A stretch of 64,000 nucleotides of DNA from Cyanophyceae cyanobacterium (lineage in GTDB: Bacteria > Cyanobacteriota > Cyanobacteriia > Cyanobacteriales > Laspinemataceae), in NCBI GenBank assembly GCA_038321985.1, contig JBBQFN010000003.1, forward strand, positions 224,001 to 288,000, written 5' to 3'. The translations under genes were made by a program, and so were the position numbers. The notes under the pieces were generated by a model. It saw only the letters and a program-made list of their open reading frames with translations. It did not search any database and had not been told where the DNA came from. Positions 10,688 to 22,504 of the stretch are shown here, in pieces; the stretch's first letter is position 1, and each line of letters starts with the position of its first letter.

Positions 10688-10736
10688 AAAAAAGTCGGGG
10701 AGGTTCTGGAAATAATTCCAGCCCTTCCCCGACTTT
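10688..10736 (-). terminator. Intrinsic terminator downstream of ftsH
   Basis: AAAGTCGGGG...CCCCGACTTT stem followed by a T run on the minus strand. Confidence 0.75.
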
Positions 10737-10796
10737 GAATTGTAGAGTTTTGATAGCTCTAAATTCTACAATTCATCATCCACAATCGATGGACAA

Positions 10797-12635
10797 TTAG
10801 GCGATCGCCGCCATCTTCACATCGCTGTTGGCTAACAAATCTTGCAATTCATCGGCATCTACGGTTTCTTTCTCAATCAAGAGTTGAGACAATCGATCCA
10901 GGACCAGACGGTTAGAAACCAGGACTTCCTTGGCGCGTCCGTAGGCTTGTTCGACTAGGTTGCGGACTTCATCATCAATCGCTGCGGCTGTTTCTTCAGA
11001 GAAGTCACGTTCCGCCATGATGTCCCGACCTAAGAACATATTGCCTTGCTGACGACCTAGGGCCACTGGACCGAGACGATCGCTCATGCCAAAGCGGGTC
11101 ACCATCTGCCGCGCTACCCGTGCCACCTGTTGCAAGTCATTGGAAGCACCCGTGGTTACTTCTTCCTCACCGAAGACAATTTCCTCAGCAATCCGACCAC
11201 CCAGGGCCACCGCCATCTGATTTTGCAGATAGGAACGGCTGTACAGACCTGAATCCATCCGTTCTTCGCTGGGGGTAAACCAAGTCAACCCACCCGCACG
11301 TCCCCGGGGAATAATACTGATTTTCTGTACCGGATCATAATCGGGCATCAAGGCACCGACTAAAGCATGACCCGCTTCGTGATAGGCAACCAGGGTTTTG
11401 CGTTTCTCGCTCATCACCCGGTCTTTTTTCTCGGGTCCAGCGAGGATGCGATCGATGGCATCGTTGATTTCATCCATCGAAATTTCCGTCAAATTGCGCC
11501 GCGCTGCGAGAATGGCTGCTTCGTTAAGCAGGTTAGCCAGGTCAGCACCGGTGAAACCGGGAGTCCGACGGGCAATTTTTTCTAGGTCCACATCCTTCGC
11601 CAGAGTCTTACCGCGAGCGTGGACGTTGAGGATTTCCCGACGACCCGCATAGTCAGGGCGATCGACCACCACCTGGCGATCGAAACGACCCGGACGCAAT
11701 AAAGCAGCATCAAGAACATCGGGACGGTTTGTCGCGGCAATAATAATGATGCCCGTGTTGCCTTCAAACCCATCCATTTCTGTTAGGAGTTGGTTGAGGG
11801 TTTGTTCACGCTCATCGTTGCCACCGCCTAAACCAGCGCCTCTTTGACGACCTACGGCGTCAATTTCATCGATAAAGACGATACAGGGAGCGTTAGATTT
11901 GGCTTGTTCAAACAAATCTCGAACGCGAGAGGCACCGACGCCGACAAACATTTCGACGAATTCCGAGCCAGAGATGGAAAAGAAAGGAACTCCAGCTTCC
12001 CCAGCAACTGCTTTCGCCAACAGGGTTTTGCCGGTTCCCGGAGGGCCAACTAATAGGACACCTTTGGGAATTTTGGCACCAACCGCAGTAAAGCGATCGG
12101 CATTTTTTAGGAAGTCTACGACCTCGCTTAGTTCTAGCTTGGCTTGTTCAATCCCTGCTACATCCCCGAAGGTGACTTGAGTTTGGGGTTCCATTTGCAC
12201 CCGCGCTTTAGATTTGCCAAAGTTCATCGCTTGGGAACCGGGGCCATTTTGAGCACGACGGAGCAAGAAGACTAAGCCAACTAACAGCAGAACAGGGAAG
12301 AATAAGCTACTGAGCGCTTTGAACCAGAAGCCTTCGTCACCTTGAGGTGATACTTCAATATTGACGCGGTGTTGAGTTAGGATATCGATCAGTTCCGGAT
12401 CGTTGGGTAGATTGACTACAACCTTTTTGCCATCCTGAGCAGTGACTAAAGCTCGGGTGCGATCGGAACTAATGCTTACCTTATCAATGCGATTGTTTTG
12501 AACTTCCTGGATAAACTGACTGTAGCGCCAGGTTTCCTTATTTGGTGTTTGCTTTTCAAAAAATGTCGTTGCCAATACGATGACAACGATCGCCAGCATT
12601 GCGTATAGTCCGGCGTTTCTCCATTTTTTATTCAC
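10797..12635 (-). CDS. ftsH: ATP-dependent zinc metalloprotease FtsH (FtsH3-type)
   Basis: Two TM helices, [31 protein letters not shown]-terminus. Confidence 0.97.
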   Translation of the reverse strand: MNKKWRNAGLYAMLAIVVIVLATTFFEKQTPNKETWRYSQFIQEVQNNRIDKVSISSDRTRALVTAQDGKKVVVNLPNDPELIDILTQHRVNIEVSPQGDEGFWFKALSSLFFPVLLLVGLVFLLRRAQNGPGSQAMNFGKSKARVQMEPQTQVTFGDVAGIEQAKLELSEVVDFLKNADRFTAVGAKIPKGVLLVGPPGTGKTLLAKAVAGEAGVPFFSISGSEFVEMFVGVGASRVRDLFEQAKSNAPCIVFIDEIDAVGRQRGAGLGGGNDEREQTLNQLLTEMDGFEGNTGIIIIAATNRPDVLDAALLRPGRFDRQVVVDRPDYAGRREILNVHARGKTLAKDVDLEKIARRTPGFTGADLANLLNEAAILAARRNLTEISMDEINDAIDRILAGPEKKDRVMSEKRKTLVAYHEAGHALVGALMPDYDPVQKISIIPRGRAGGLTWFTPSEERMDSGLYSRSYLQNQMAVALGGRIAEEIVFGEEEVTTGASNDLQQVARVARQMVTRFGMSDRLGPVALGRQQGNMFLGRDIMAERDFSEETAAAIDDEVRNLVEQAYGRAKEVLVSNRLVLDRLSQLLIEKETVDADELQDLLANSDVKMAAIA

Positions 12636-12713
12636 CAGCGGTCCTCCTAGTTCTGGATTGGGGGGTATTTGGGTTATTTTTATTCGACTCTGTTAACTAA
12701 TGTTAACGTATTA

Positions 12714-13526
12714 TCAGAATTTGCGGGGCAGGTGGTAGAGGAAAAGCTCGCGCAATTGGCTAAACCCTTGATGGGAGGGGAGATAGGCCATAAATTGGTT
12801 TTCTGAGAAGACTTCACAGATGGGGATGACTTCTACTACACTGTTGCTATAAGCCAAGGCTTCAAACCCGCTCACTACCTCCGTTGTCCAGGGTTCCAGG
12901 ATAGCTGGATGACCTTGAGCCTCTAGCCAGTTCAAAAGCTGCGATCGCATTACTCCGGGTAAAATCCCCACCTCTATAGGTGGTGTCCACCACCGCCCCT
13001 CCCGCCATCCCCAAAGATTCCCCGTACTCGTTTCCAACCAATTCCCCTGACCATCTACTAGGATAGCCTCCTGACAACCCTGCCGTTGAGCCGCTTGCAG
13101 CGCCAACCAGGAGGAAAGATAGTTGCCCGTTTTATGAGTCGGGAGCGATCGCATAAACAAAGAATCCGCCGCCACCCAAGCCCTAACCCCAACCCCTTGA
13201 CGAATCGCTAACTCCTGTGGTAAAATTCGCCCTATAATTAATTCTCTCCCATCCGGGAAAATAGCAATCCGCAGCACCGGCCACTGTACCATCATCAACT
13301 CCGCCCCCTCCCGCACTCGCTGCCAATCTGGTTCAGCCCACTGGAAGGGTTCCAGAGAAGATTTTAATCGCTGACAGTGCTCCTGCCATGCCGTCAGGGG
13401 AGAGTCTAAGGATTGCTCATAAACCCGTAGAGTGGTGAACACAGTGGCACCATAGAGGAGAGCCGGGTCAGTAACTGATAGTTCGAGGGTGCTAGAGTCC
13501 TGGAAACTGCCGTTATAGAAGAACAT
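12714..13526 (-). CDS. Class IV aminotransferase / 4-amino-4-deoxychorismate lyase-like
   Basis: LLYGATVFTTLR, HKTGNY, ETSTGN, ILPGVMR fold-type IV PLP motifs. Confidence 0.85.
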   Translation of the reverse strand: MFFYNGSFQDSSTLELSVTDPALLYGATVFTTLRVYEQSLDSPLTAWQEHCQRLKSSLEPFQWAEPDWQRVREGAELMMVQWPVLRIAIFPDGRELIIGRILPQELAIRQGVGVRAWVAADSLFMRSLPTHKTGNYLSSWLALQAAQRQGCQEAILVDGQGNWLETSTGNLWGWREGRWWTPPIEVGILPGVMRSQLLNWLEAQGHPAILEPWTTEVVSGFEALAYSNSVVEVIPICEVFSENQFMAYLPSHQGFSQLRELFLYHLPRKF

Positions 13527-13895
13527 AAGAGTTTTTCAAAGGAAAGTTAGTTAAATTTTAGTTAAGGGGGCGATCGCTTTTCCCGAACAGTTGGGCATCG
13601 TGATTCTAAAATATAAATAAATTGAGACAGGAAAAACTCTCCTTGAAGGATGCTAAATGATTTAAAAAATAAAGTTTATCCTCCCTATTCTGGAAACGGA
13701 GTAAGGCCCTTCCTACTCATAAAATCAATTATCATAATTATTGAAACCCCCTCTCATAGAGCGATATTCCCGGGTTGACATTCAGGGCTTAAGCGTGGAA
13801 TTATCCTAGAGTCAGGATGTAACTTGAACTCAATAGAATTAGCCGCGCTCTTATAGAAAAATAACCTAAACTAAATACAATAAATATCAATAAAC

Positions 13896-16181
13896 ATGAA
13901 ATGTAATATTTGTAAATCACCCATGAGTCACTTTGCTTCCAGCAAAGTTCTGAACAAATATGATATTGATTACTTTCAATGTACAAATTGTGGATTTGTA
14001 AAAACTGAAGAACCTTACTGGCTTGATGAAGCTTACTCTAGTCCAATCGCAAAAAGCGATGTAGGATTGGTAAGGAGAAACTTGAGCTGCTCTAACCTAA
14101 CCAGTTGTCTAATCGCTCATTTATTTAACAGAGAAGGCCGATTTTTAGATTATGGCTGCGGGTATGGATTATTCGTTAGATTAATGAGAGATGCAGGCTT
14201 TGATTTTTATGGATACGACAAATTTTGTGATAACTTATTTTATCATGGGTTTGAAGCCCAAGAAGATGCTAATGAGACCTATGATTTAGTGACTGCTTTT
14301 GAGGTTTTTGAGCATTTTGTCGAACCACAGACAGAGCTTCAAAATATTTTGAAATTTTCAAAAAACATCTTATTCAGTACCGAATTATTGCCTCCCAACA
14401 ACCCTAAACCCACAGAATGGTGGTACTATGTTCCGAATGAAGGACAGCATATTTCCATATATACTTCAAAGTCTTTAGCGTTATTAGCTAAAGACTTTGA
14501 CTTAAATTTATATACTATGGGTTCATCATTTCATTTATTAACCGCCGAGAAAATTTCCATAGATATACTAAATTCTGCCCTATGCGAAGAGCTTGAAGGC
14601 TCTTTAATTTTTAAACAAGTTAAAATTACTCTAGATGAAGGGGGTGAATTTAAGGTAAACCCCAAAACTTCCGGAAATATTGTAACAGTAAGTCTTGATG
14701 TTCAGGATAATAATTCACCCTCTCTTAAAATACTTATTGATGGTGTATTTTTTCAGCTATATAACACGGGAATTGCCCGGGTGTGGCGCTCTTTACTGGA
14801 ACAATGGAGTACCACAGATTTTGCTAAAAAAATAGTAGTTCTTGATCGAGGGGGAACTGCTCCAAAAATCCCTGGAATTGAATATCGCCTTGTGTCCCGT
14901 TACGACTATAGCAAAAGCCCTATAGATCGCGAAATGCTTCAACAGATATGCAATGAACAAAGGGCAGATTTATTTATTTCAAGTTACTATACAACCCCTG
15001 TATCTACTCCCTCTGTGTTCATGGCCTATGATATGATTCCAGAGGTATTAGGGGGAGATTGCAATGAACCGATGTGGCGAGAAAAGCACTACGCCATTGA
15101 AAAGGCTTCGACTTACATTGCCATTTCTCATAACACAGCTCGGGATTTAGCTGAATTATTTCCCGAGATTGTTTTACCGTCTATAACCGTAGCTCATTGT
15201 GGCGTAGACCAGGAATTTCACCCATCAGATTCTCAAGAAGTGAATAGCTTTAAACATAAGTACGGAATTTTAAAGCCCTACTTTTTGCTAGTAGGAATCC
15301 ATAACAGCTATAAAAATGGCAGTTTATTTTTTAACGCTTTTTCTAAACTGGCGACTAAGCAAGGCTTTGATGTAGTCTGTACCGGCAGAAACGGATTGAT
15401 GTTAGAAGCGGAATTCAGAAAGCATACGTTTGGAGTTATGGTTCATCTATTGCAACTTGAAGAGCATGAACTCAGAGCAGCTTATTCCGGTGCAGTGGCA
15501 TTAGTTTATCCGTCACAGTATGAAGGATTTGGCTTACCCATTCTGGAAGCATTGGCCTGTGGATGTCCTGTGATTACTTGTCCAAATGCATCTATACCCG
15601 AGGTGGGAGGAGAAGCAGTCCTTTATGTGAATGATCAAGATGTGGATGGATTAGCAAATGCACTTTGCGAGGTACAGAAGCCAGAAGGCCGGAACTCATT
15701 GATTGCGGCAGGACTTGATCAGGCGAAAAAGTTTACTTGGTCATCAATGGCGAATCAAGTGCGTTTGGCATTGATTAACGCAACTCTGCTCAATTTAAAC
15801 CTGAGAGAGATTAATTTCATTATTTTTCCGAATTGGTCTGCCCCAGAGGAATCTCTAAGTTTAGACTTGGCAAAAATCATAATTGCTCTTGCCAATCATC
15901 CCGGACCGGATCAGATAACATTGTTAATCAACATCGATAATATTGAGGAAGAGAATGCTGCACTTTTATTATCTGGCCTGGTCATGAATTTGTTTATGGA
16001 AGAAGATTTAGATGTCACTGAGGGACCAGAAATTTCCCTGTTTGGACAACTAGATGCTATGCAATGGTCAGTATTGTTGCCTCAGTTAGCCGGTCGAATC
16101 ATAATTGAAAATGAAAATGCTGAGGCGATCGCTGCATTAGGGGTAGGGGTTAACAGTCTTCCTATCTACCCACCCGATTAA
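13896..16181 (+). CDS. Class I SAM methyltransferase - GT4 glycosyltransferase fusion
   Basis: N-terminal CxxC...Cxx[33 protein letters not shown]4 motif. Confidence 0.88.
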   Translation: MKCNICKSPMSHFASSKVLNKYDIDYFQCTNCGFVKTEEPYWLDEAYSSPIAKSDVGLVRRNLSCSNLTSCLIAHLFNREGRFLDYGCGYGLFVRLMRDAGFDFYGYDKFCDNLFYHGFEAQEDANETYDLVTAFEVFEHFVEPQTELQNILKFSKNILFSTELLPPNNPKPTEWWYYVPNEGQHISIYTSKSLALLAKDFDLNLYTMGSSFHLLTAEKISIDILNSALCEELEGSLIFKQVKITLDEGGEFKVNPKTSGNIVTVSLDVQDNNSPSLKILIDGVFFQLYNTGIARVWRSLLEQWSTTDFAKKIVVLDRGGTAPKIPGIEYRLVSRYDYSKSPIDREMLQQICNEQRADLFISSYYTTPVSTPSVFMAYDMIPEVLGGDCNEPMWREKHYAIEKASTYIAISHNTARDLAELFPEIVLPSITVAHCGVDQEFHPSDSQEVNSFKHKYGILKPYFLLVGIHNSYKNGSLFFNAFSKLATKQGFDVVCTGRNGLMLEAEFRKHTFGVMVHLLQLEEHELRAAYSGAVALVYPSQYEGFGLPILEALACGCPVITCPNASIPEVGGEAVLYVNDQDVDGLANALCEVQKPEGRNSLIAAGLDQAKKFTWSSMANQVRLALINATLLNLNLREINFIIFPNWSAPEESLSLDLAKIIIALANHPGPDQITLLINIDNIEEENAALLLSGLVMNLFMEEDLDVTEGPEISLFGQLDAMQWSVLLPQLAGRIIIENENAEAIAALGVGVNSLPIYPPD

Positions 16182-16191
16182 TCTTCACTCT

Positions 16192-18411
16192 TTACTGGCC
16201 CCATTGGATTTGCCACATCTGCTGATAAGCGTTCTCCATTTCCCTTGTAAACTTTTGTGCATTCCATAAGGGAGAGCTTTGCCGAGATCGCCGCATTCGC
16301 CACGATATTTCTTCCCTTAGCGTGGCATCAGTCCCTAAACGAATTCCCCATTCTACATAGTCCTCATCCGTCCAAGCAATCCCCTCGGTTACACCGACAT
16401 TCATCATCATCGTATAACTATTGCGGGCTGCAAATTGCTCTCCTACCCGAGTTACCAGGGGAATACCCATCCATAAAGTTTCTAGGGTTGTCGTCGCGCC
16501 ATTGTACGGATAGGTGTCCAGGACGACATCGGCGATGCCTAAATTAGCGCGGTGAATTTCCTCCGAGGCAACCGGGGGTAAAAATCGGAGGCGATCGCAC
16601 TCAACTCCTTCTTCTTCTGCCAATTGATAAAAGAACCTTTGAATCGATTCTTCCTCCGCCAAACCTTTAATTAAAAAGTAGCTATTCGGCACAGCTTTGA
16701 TAATCTGCATTTGCAGTTTAGCGGTATCAGGGTGTCGTTTATAACCTCTCTGTCCGGTATAATAAATCATTGCATTAGCTGGAATATCTAATAAATCGCG
16801 CCGTAGTGTCGGTATGCCCACCTCAAATCCATCTACTGCAATATAAGTTTGAGGTAACCGCCAGATTTTTTCGGCATAGTAATTTTGAGCCGAGTCAGGT
16901 AGAACGTAAGGATCTGCGATAAAGTAATCGACAGCAGGTAACCCGGAAGCATCCCACCCCAGCCAAGTGACTTGAATTGGAGCCGGTTTGAGCGATTTTA
17001 CTTCACCCGTAAAATCCAACGTCAGGCTATCCAGATCAATGAGAATATCAATTTCATCCTGATAAATTTGTTCAGCGATCGCCAAGCTATTGCTGTTCAA
17101 TGTATGGGCGGAGTCAACCTGAGTGATATACCATTCCTGTAAAGCGTCCCCCCGAGGTTTATAGCCCACAAAATACCCATAAATCTCAAACTGAGTGCGA
17201 TCGTGATATTGAAATAGCCATCGTGCTAACCACCCGACTGAATGACTTCTTAAATCTTGCGATAGATATCCAATTTTTAAAGCTCTGGGTCTCTCTCTTC
17301 CGTGATTCTTCCTTCGAGAACTGTACCGTTCTGCTTCTTCTTGAGCATAAATTTGAGTATTAAGTTGGCACAGTCTAGCAATTTGATTCTGAATTGTCTT
17401 AGTATGTTGTGGTTTATCTCGAAAGTAGGGAAAAAAGAACGTGGCATTAAAAAGACGGGAAACGGGAACCGGATGCAGGTTTAGCGGTTGTTGTTCTATC
17501 AGCATTAAAAGCAGAGACTCGTACTCGTCTAAAGCATGACTCGCTTCATCCCAGTACCCACCCGCACTCATCAGTCCCCTGAGTACCAATTGCATTCCAA
17601 AAATCCGATCCGGGAGGGAGCTCATCAAAGAATAAAACTGTTTTGCTTTTTCTATCCCTTGGGTGTAATTGCCCGCATCTTGGTAAAACGTTGCCAGATG
17701 CTGCAAAACCTCCGGATTAAAGCTATCTATTCTTAAACATAACTCAGCAAACCCGATGGCTTGTTGGGGTTGATGCCTAGAGTAGCCTACATCCTTTGCC
17801 GTTTGTAGCAAGACTTGCATAAAATCAGGATCCTGCTGGAGATGAATCGTGCAAACCGTTGCCAATTTTAGAGATGAAGGATGCAGGGGAACAGTGTTCA
17901 GACAATTTTTTAATACGGACAATAGTAAATCTGAGGGAATACTCCCTACTGGTTGCTCTTCCACCAGTTCTAAAACATCCCAATCAGGGAGATCTTCTCC
18001 CGTGAATTTGTCTAATGCTATGGTTAATTGAATTAAACCCAACAAGTTATTTATCTGTGTGGGGCAAATTTCTCGAATATGTCCCCGAATCAACCAAGCT
18101 ACAGAATAATCTTCTTGGGTTTCTCGTCGTTTGGCTTCCGTTTCCAGAATTTGTAAGAGTTCACCAGTCCATGTTTCGATTTCTTCCGGTTCTCCCTCCA
18201 TCATTGCCAATAGCCAAGTGGTCTGGGCTTCCATCTCTTGACCTTGCAATAGTAAAGTTAACCCAAAATACCAATAGTGGGACTTCACATCAGATTCAGT
18301 CTTGATTAATTCTTGATAAAATTCGGCAGCCTCTCTATAACTCCCTTCCGTTAAATATTTTTTTGCTTGCTGCTGCCCTTCTTCAGGATTGTTTAGGGAA
18401 TTGTTAGGCAT
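16192..18411 (-). CDS. SPINDLY-family O-linked GlcNAc transferase (GT41)
   Basis: TPR-like N-terminus; KIGYLS-D-RSHSVG, IDILIDLD, APIQVTWLG, LDTYPYNGATTTLE. Confidence 0.9.
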   Translation of the reverse strand: MPNNSLNNPEEGQQQAKKYLTEGSYREAAEFYQELIKTESDVKSHYWYFGLTLLLQGQEMEAQTTWLLAMMEGEPEEIETWTGELLQILETEAKRRETQEDYSVAWLIRGHIREICPTQINNLLGLIQLTIALDKFTGEDLPDWDVLELVEEQPVGSIPSDLLLSVLKNCLNTVPLHPSSLKLATVCTIHLQQDPDFMQVLLQTAKDVGYSRHQPQQAIGFAELCLRIDSFNPEVLQHLATFYQDAGNYTQGIEKAKQFYSLMSSLPDRIFGMQLVLRGLMSAGGYWDEASHALDEYESLLLMLIEQQPLNLHPVPVSRLFNATFFFPYFRDKPQHTKTIQNQIARLCQLNTQIYAQEEAERYSSRRKNHGRERPRALKIGYLSQDLRSHSVGWLARWLFQYHDRTQFEIYGYFVGYKPRGDALQEWYITQVDSAHTLNSNSLAIAEQIYQDEIDILIDLDSLTLDFTGEVKSLKPAPIQVTWLGWDASGLPAVDYFIADPYVLPDSAQNYYAEKIWRLPQTYIAVDGFEVGIPTLRRDLLDIPANAMIYYTGQRGYKRHPDTAKLQMQIIKAVPNSYFLIKGLAEEESIQRFFYQLAEEEGVECDRLRFLPPVASEEIHRANLGIADVVLDTYPYNGATTTLETLWMGIPLVTRVGEQFAARNSYTMMMNVGVTEGIAWTDEDYVEWGIRLGTDATLREEISWRMRRSRQSSPLWNAQKFTREMENAYQQMWQIQWGQ

Positions 18412-18550
18412 TTTAAAAAGAAATAATAACGATAATTTTCTCGCTCTATCTGTAGCTTAGAGATGTCCATAAAAACTTCTGCATTTAAGCGTAGGTTATA
18501 AAAACCCAGTTTTTAACAATCTTCTTGGCTAAAATCTTCGAGTTATCTAA

Positions 18551-18651
18551 GGGATTTCCATAAAAATAATGGGGCATTAAAGGTCTCAAAGCCCCCCTTA
18601 GTAAGGGGGGTTGGGGGGATCTCCCCTAGGACTTTATTTTTTGGAGTTCCC
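18551..18651. mobile_element. Putative MITE (~100 bp) with TAA target duplication
   Basis: Imperfect TIRs GGGATTTCCATAAAAATAA / TTATTTTTTGGAGTTCCC, TAA on both sides, internal CCCCCCTTAGTAAGGGGGG hairpin. Confidence 0.65.
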
Positions 18652-18783
18652 TAAGAAACCCCGTTTCTTAAGCAGAAACTTTATTTTTGAGAGTTAAAAC
18701 CCTATTACACGCTATTATTATAAACTAAACTGTTCTGTAGACAACGGTTGTTTAAAGGGTGTTTCCTATATACAGTTAAACAA

Positions 18784-18813
18784 TAGGAGTAGTGCTAGAT
18801 TGCACTACTCCTA
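18784..18813 (-). terminator. Hairpin downstream of pilin gene
   Basis: Perfect 12-bp stem TAGGAGTAGTGC/GCACTACTCCTA. Confidence 0.7.
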
Positions 18814-18871
18814 ATTATTACATTATTTAGATCGTGGATCTTACAACACAACCCCGGTAATTTAACTGTTA

Positions 18872-19402
18872 TTAGCCCAGAGGAGTCATAGTGGCAGGAC
18901 AAGTTGGTTGTACTGCTGCACTGGCTGGTGCTACCGCATCCGCAGGGGCAGTTATACCTGCATCCTTGGCTTCACATACTACGGCGGATGTTACGCTCTC
19001 TGCACCTGCCGCTGCGGCTGTTGCAAATACCCCACCCGTGTAACCTTTGAGAGTGGCTATTTTCGCAGTTGCCTTATTTTGGCCGGCTGTATCGGCACCA
19101 GCTACTGTGTACTTATAGTTCACAGTTTCCTCTTTCTGACCTATACCGAGGGATGTCATTTTATCAGTAAATTTGCCCGCCTCAAGATAGAATGCTTGCT
19201 GTGCACGGTTCATTGCACCAATACTGTTACGGGCTTCTACTTGCTTTGCTTTATTCGTTTGACTGAGCAGCGAAGGTAGTGCAACCGCAGCTAGAATTCC
19301 GATAATAATGACGACAACCAGCAGCTCGATTAAGGTAAAACCTTCTTCACGTTTTTTCAAGTTGATGTGTTGCAGGAATTTGGCTTTAAATTCGGTCTTC
19401 AT
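18872..19402 (-). CDS. pilA: Type IV major pilin (PilA1-like)
   Basis: Prepilin cleavage site G|FTLIELLVVVIIIGILAA, MNRAQQAFYLE, C-terminal Cys pair; AAAGGAGA RBS. Confidence 0.93.
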   Translation of the reverse strand: MKTEFKAKFLQHINLKKREEGFTLIELLVVVIIIGILAAVALPSLLSQTNKAKQVEARNSIGAMNRAQQAFYLEAGKFTDKMTSLGIGQKEETVNYKYTVAGADTAGQNKATAKIATLKGYTGGVFATAAAAGAESVTSAVVCEAKDAGITAPADAVAPASAAVQPTCPATMTPLG

Positions 19403-19512
19403 AAGAATTATGTCTCCTTTGGGTGTGGGATGCTTGCTTTCTAACTCCTGAAAATAACTTACCCAGTTTCTTTCGGATTCATATCATCCTCAGTTAAATT
19501 TTTCCATCTATT

Positions 19513-20838
19513 TCAGGTAGAACGCTCTAAAAGCACGTATAGAAAGACTTCTAGGTCGCTCAACAGTTGTTTGATTTCTTCAAACGCCGCTTTGTGACTG
19601 ACTGGAGCTAGGGTCGCAGGATCCACTGGCCGGATCTGAATCCACCGTTCCACTAAGTCGCTCACAGGCTGCTCTTTTTCCCAAAGAGGAAGCAGGCAAG
19701 CAGCTAGACTACTTTCGACATAGATAGGACTGAGGCTTGTAGTAGTCAGATACTTACTGATTTCAAACGGTCGGCGATTAGATATGGATTGAAGTAGATC
19801 TGCTTGCAATGTAGGATTCCGGAGTTGAGGATGCAGATGGACCCAAGCACTCTGCCAGTCGCCATCTGTCCAGTCTAGAATGGTTGCTACAGTTTGCTCG
19901 GGGGTGGTATGAGCGCACCAAAAGTCTAGGAGGCGGTGAATCGGATGCAACAATTCAAAAAGGTGTAACTCCTCTTCCACGGATAGCCCAGGTAAACTCA
20001 TTGCGAGAAAAGTAGGTAAATCTTCGGGGTCTTGAAACAGTTCTGACAATTCCCATCTGCGCCAGTTCACCATGCCGAGCATTTCTAGTCCAGCGTCTCT
20101 TAATGCCGCAAACAGTTGAGGAATTGTATATCCTTTGTCTCCCTGAAACAAATAATTCATCATATAATACTCGGAGTCATCTTCCTGCTTTGCTTTCCAT
20201 GTTGCTTTCTTAAGAGATACTTCATCTCTGAGTGCTTTCAGAGTCTCTCGAACGATGGATACCTCTAATTCTCCCGGATTATCATCCATTAAACCCATCA
20301 TTTTAAATATTTTTTGAGCGCGAAAATAGGAGTCCCGTGCTATTGAGCTATGTAAATTACTCCGAATAATGCCTTCTGGCTTAAGTACGGACTTCATGGC
20401 TTGCAGTCCGATCACTGGACTTGGCAAAAGATACAAAACTTCATCATTGTTAATATAGTCAAATTTCATGCCTAACTGGGGCAACTCTTCAATCGGCATG
20501 ACATAAAATTCAGCATTGTCAAATCCGTAATACTGAAGACGTTCTCGCGCTAGATTAACAGATTCTTGGGACAAATCAATACCCACTATTTTTGCTCCCG
20601 GGTTAGCTTCTGCCAAGGCTAATGCTTTATAGCCGCTTCCACACCCAGCATCTAAAATTAGTTTTCCTTTGGGATCAATTATTTTTTTGTTTTTCAAATA
20701 ATAGGGAGTAGCTAAATTATGAATAAATAAGAAATTATAGTCTTCTTTTAGAGATGTTTCTAATGGAATTCTTGGATAAGGACCCGTTTCAAATTGTTGG
20801 CGAATTTTTTCTTGTAACTCAGAATTTTCACTATTCAT
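19513..20838 (-). CDS. Class I SAM-dependent methyltransferase
   Basis: ILDAGCGSG, VGIDLS, FDYIN motifs. Confidence 0.88.
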   Translation of the reverse strand: MNSENSELQEKIRQQFETGPYPRIPLETSLKEDYNFLFIHNLATPYYLKNKKIIDPKGKLILDAGCGSGYKALALAEANPGAKIVGIDLSQESVNLARERLQYYGFDNAEFYVMPIEELPQLGMKFDYINNDEVLYLLPSPVIGLQAMKSVLKPEGIIRSNLHSSIARDSYFRAQKIFKMMGLMDDNPGELEVSIVRETLKALRDEVSLKKATWKAKQEDDSEYYMMNYLFQGDKGYTIPQLFAALRDAGLEMLGMVNWRRWELSELFQDPEDLPTFLAMSLPGLSVEEELHLFELLHPIHRLLDFWCAHTTPEQTVATILDWTDGDWQSAWVHLHPQLRNPTLQADLLQSISNRRPFEISKYLTTTSLSPIYVESSLAACLLPLWEKEQPVSDLVERWIQIRPVDPATLAPVSHKAAFEEIKQLLSDLEVFLYVLLERST

Positions 20839-21079
20839 TTTTGTAGAGTTCCCTATTTTCTCGATTTACTGTGTAAAATAGAATCCCGAAAGGCCTTCAT
20901 CCATAATTTATCTTGGTTATGAAATGGGGATTTGTGTTTAGGAAGGCACAAAAGTATTAAGAAGAAAATTTAAAATTGAATTAGGTTAACCTGAAAATTT
21001 GGGGCGAAATTGCCTTGGATTCAGCTTAATTACCTCATCAATCAGCCATTTTCTGATATCAGATAACATCTATTTCCAA

Positions 21080-21613
21080 TTAATTCCCTTCAATAGTTCC
21101 TCCCGTAGCCGGAGCATTTTCCCCCCCTGTTTCCGGAACGAGCAGATTTGGCACTCCCAAACCATTAGCGGGCCGATCGCCACTGGGTAGCTCGAATAGG
21201 TCACCGGAACTGGGGATGGTGGCTAGGGCGACCCGATCGCCTCCTACGGACCTCAGCAAATCCAGCACCTGCATCACGTCATTATAACTGGACATCTTTG
21301 ATGCCGAAAGCACAATCAACCCCTCGGGTCTGGCTCTTTTATAAGTCAACAATAACTGATACAGTTGCTCCCGGCTGACGGGCTGTTTATCCACATAAGT
21401 TTGTCCGAGTTGGTCTACGCTGACAAACAGTTTCAATTCTTGCATCTGCACCGTGCCCGTCTCGGCTTGGGGCAAATCTACATTCACCGCCTGTTGGCGG
21501 GTGAGTTGCAATGCCGCCAGGATGAAAAAGGTCAAAATACAAAAGATGACGTCGATTAGCGGAATCAACTCAATCCGAGCTTCTTCCGTTTGTGACTCAT
21601 AGTTAATCTTCAT
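21080..21613 (-). CDS. exbD: Biopolymer transport protein ExbD/TolR
   Basis: IELIPLIDVIFCILTFFI, VDLP; downstream of exbB. Confidence 0.9.
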   Translation of the reverse strand: MKINYESQTEEARIELIPLIDVIFCILTFFILAALQLTRQQAVNVDLPQAETGTVQMQELKLFVSVDQLGQTYVDKQPVSREQLYQLLLTYKRARPEGLIVLSASKMSSYNDVMQVLDLLRSVGGDRVALATIPSSGDLFELPSGDRPANGLGVPNLLVPETGGENAPATGGTIEGN

Positions 21614-21682
21614 CAGGCGATCGCCTCCCAGAAATTCAAAGGGGTGAATGGCAAGCCGGAGTTATTCCCCTGCTGCATTTAA

Positions 21683-22504
21683 CTAATTCGACTGGTCCGA
21701 GGAATTTAAACCATCAATCTTGTTGGCTCGATCCTGGGGCTGATCCCCTAGTTCTGGGTAGCCTTTACTATGATTCACCGGCCCTTCTGGTTTAGCACTG
21801 AATCCTGGATCTGGAACTGTTCTAGATGCCCACGCGGCTGGATTTTCCGGTGCACCACTCCGATTGTGGTGGATTTGGCTCCAATATTGGCGATAGAGCA
21901 ACTCTAGCTCATTCCCGCATTTGCGGAAAATTTTGATTTGGTTAACGAGCAAGCCTTGAAATAGGCGATAGAAGGCTAAGCTCGTAATCGCGACAATCAG
22001 ACCAAATGCGGTACTGATTAGGGCTGAACCGATGCCGGTGGTGACTCCTGCGGTGGCTCCGGTTCCGATATCTCCCAGGCGGATCGAACCGAGAGATTCA
22101 ATTAACCCCAGGACGGTACCGAGCAATCCCAGCAAAGGCGCGATCGCAATTACTGCTTCTAAGAGTTTATCACCCCGGCGCATACTGGCGATTTCTTCCT
22201 CGGCCCCTGCCTCTAGTGCTAGCCGAAACACTTCAGGGTCGGCATTTTGCAATCGCAAGGGGGAATGAAGAAATCGGCCGATTGGACGCTTACTGGCTTG
22301 TCTAGCAACTTCCTGGGCGACTCGCCAATCATATCGTGCGGCTTCGAGGACGCGATTGGCGGTTTCTTTTTCTTTGCTGACGACGGTCGCCCAAAACCAA
22401 CTGCGCTCTAATATTGTGGCGACCGCTAGTATGGATAGAATCCACAAGGGCCACATCGAGACGCCGCCTTTTTCAAAAATATCTTGGATTGTGTCTATGT
22501 TCAC
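21683..22504 (-). CDS. exbB: MotA/TolQ/ExbB proton channel protein
   Basis: [31 protein letters not shown]. Confidence 0.9.
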   Translation of the reverse strand: MNIDTIQDIFEKGGVSMWPLWILSILAVATILERSWFWATVVSKEKETANRVLEAARYDWRVAQEVARQASKRPIGRFLHSPLRLQNADPEVFRLALEAGAEEEIASMRRGDKLLEAVIAIAPLLGLLGTVLGLIESLGSIRLGDIGTGATAGVTTGIGSALISTAFGLIVAITSLAFYRLFQGLLVNQIKIFRKCGNELELLYRQYWSQIHHNRSGAPENPAAWASRTVPDPGFSAKPEGPVNHSKGYPELGDQPQDRANKIDGLNSSDQSN

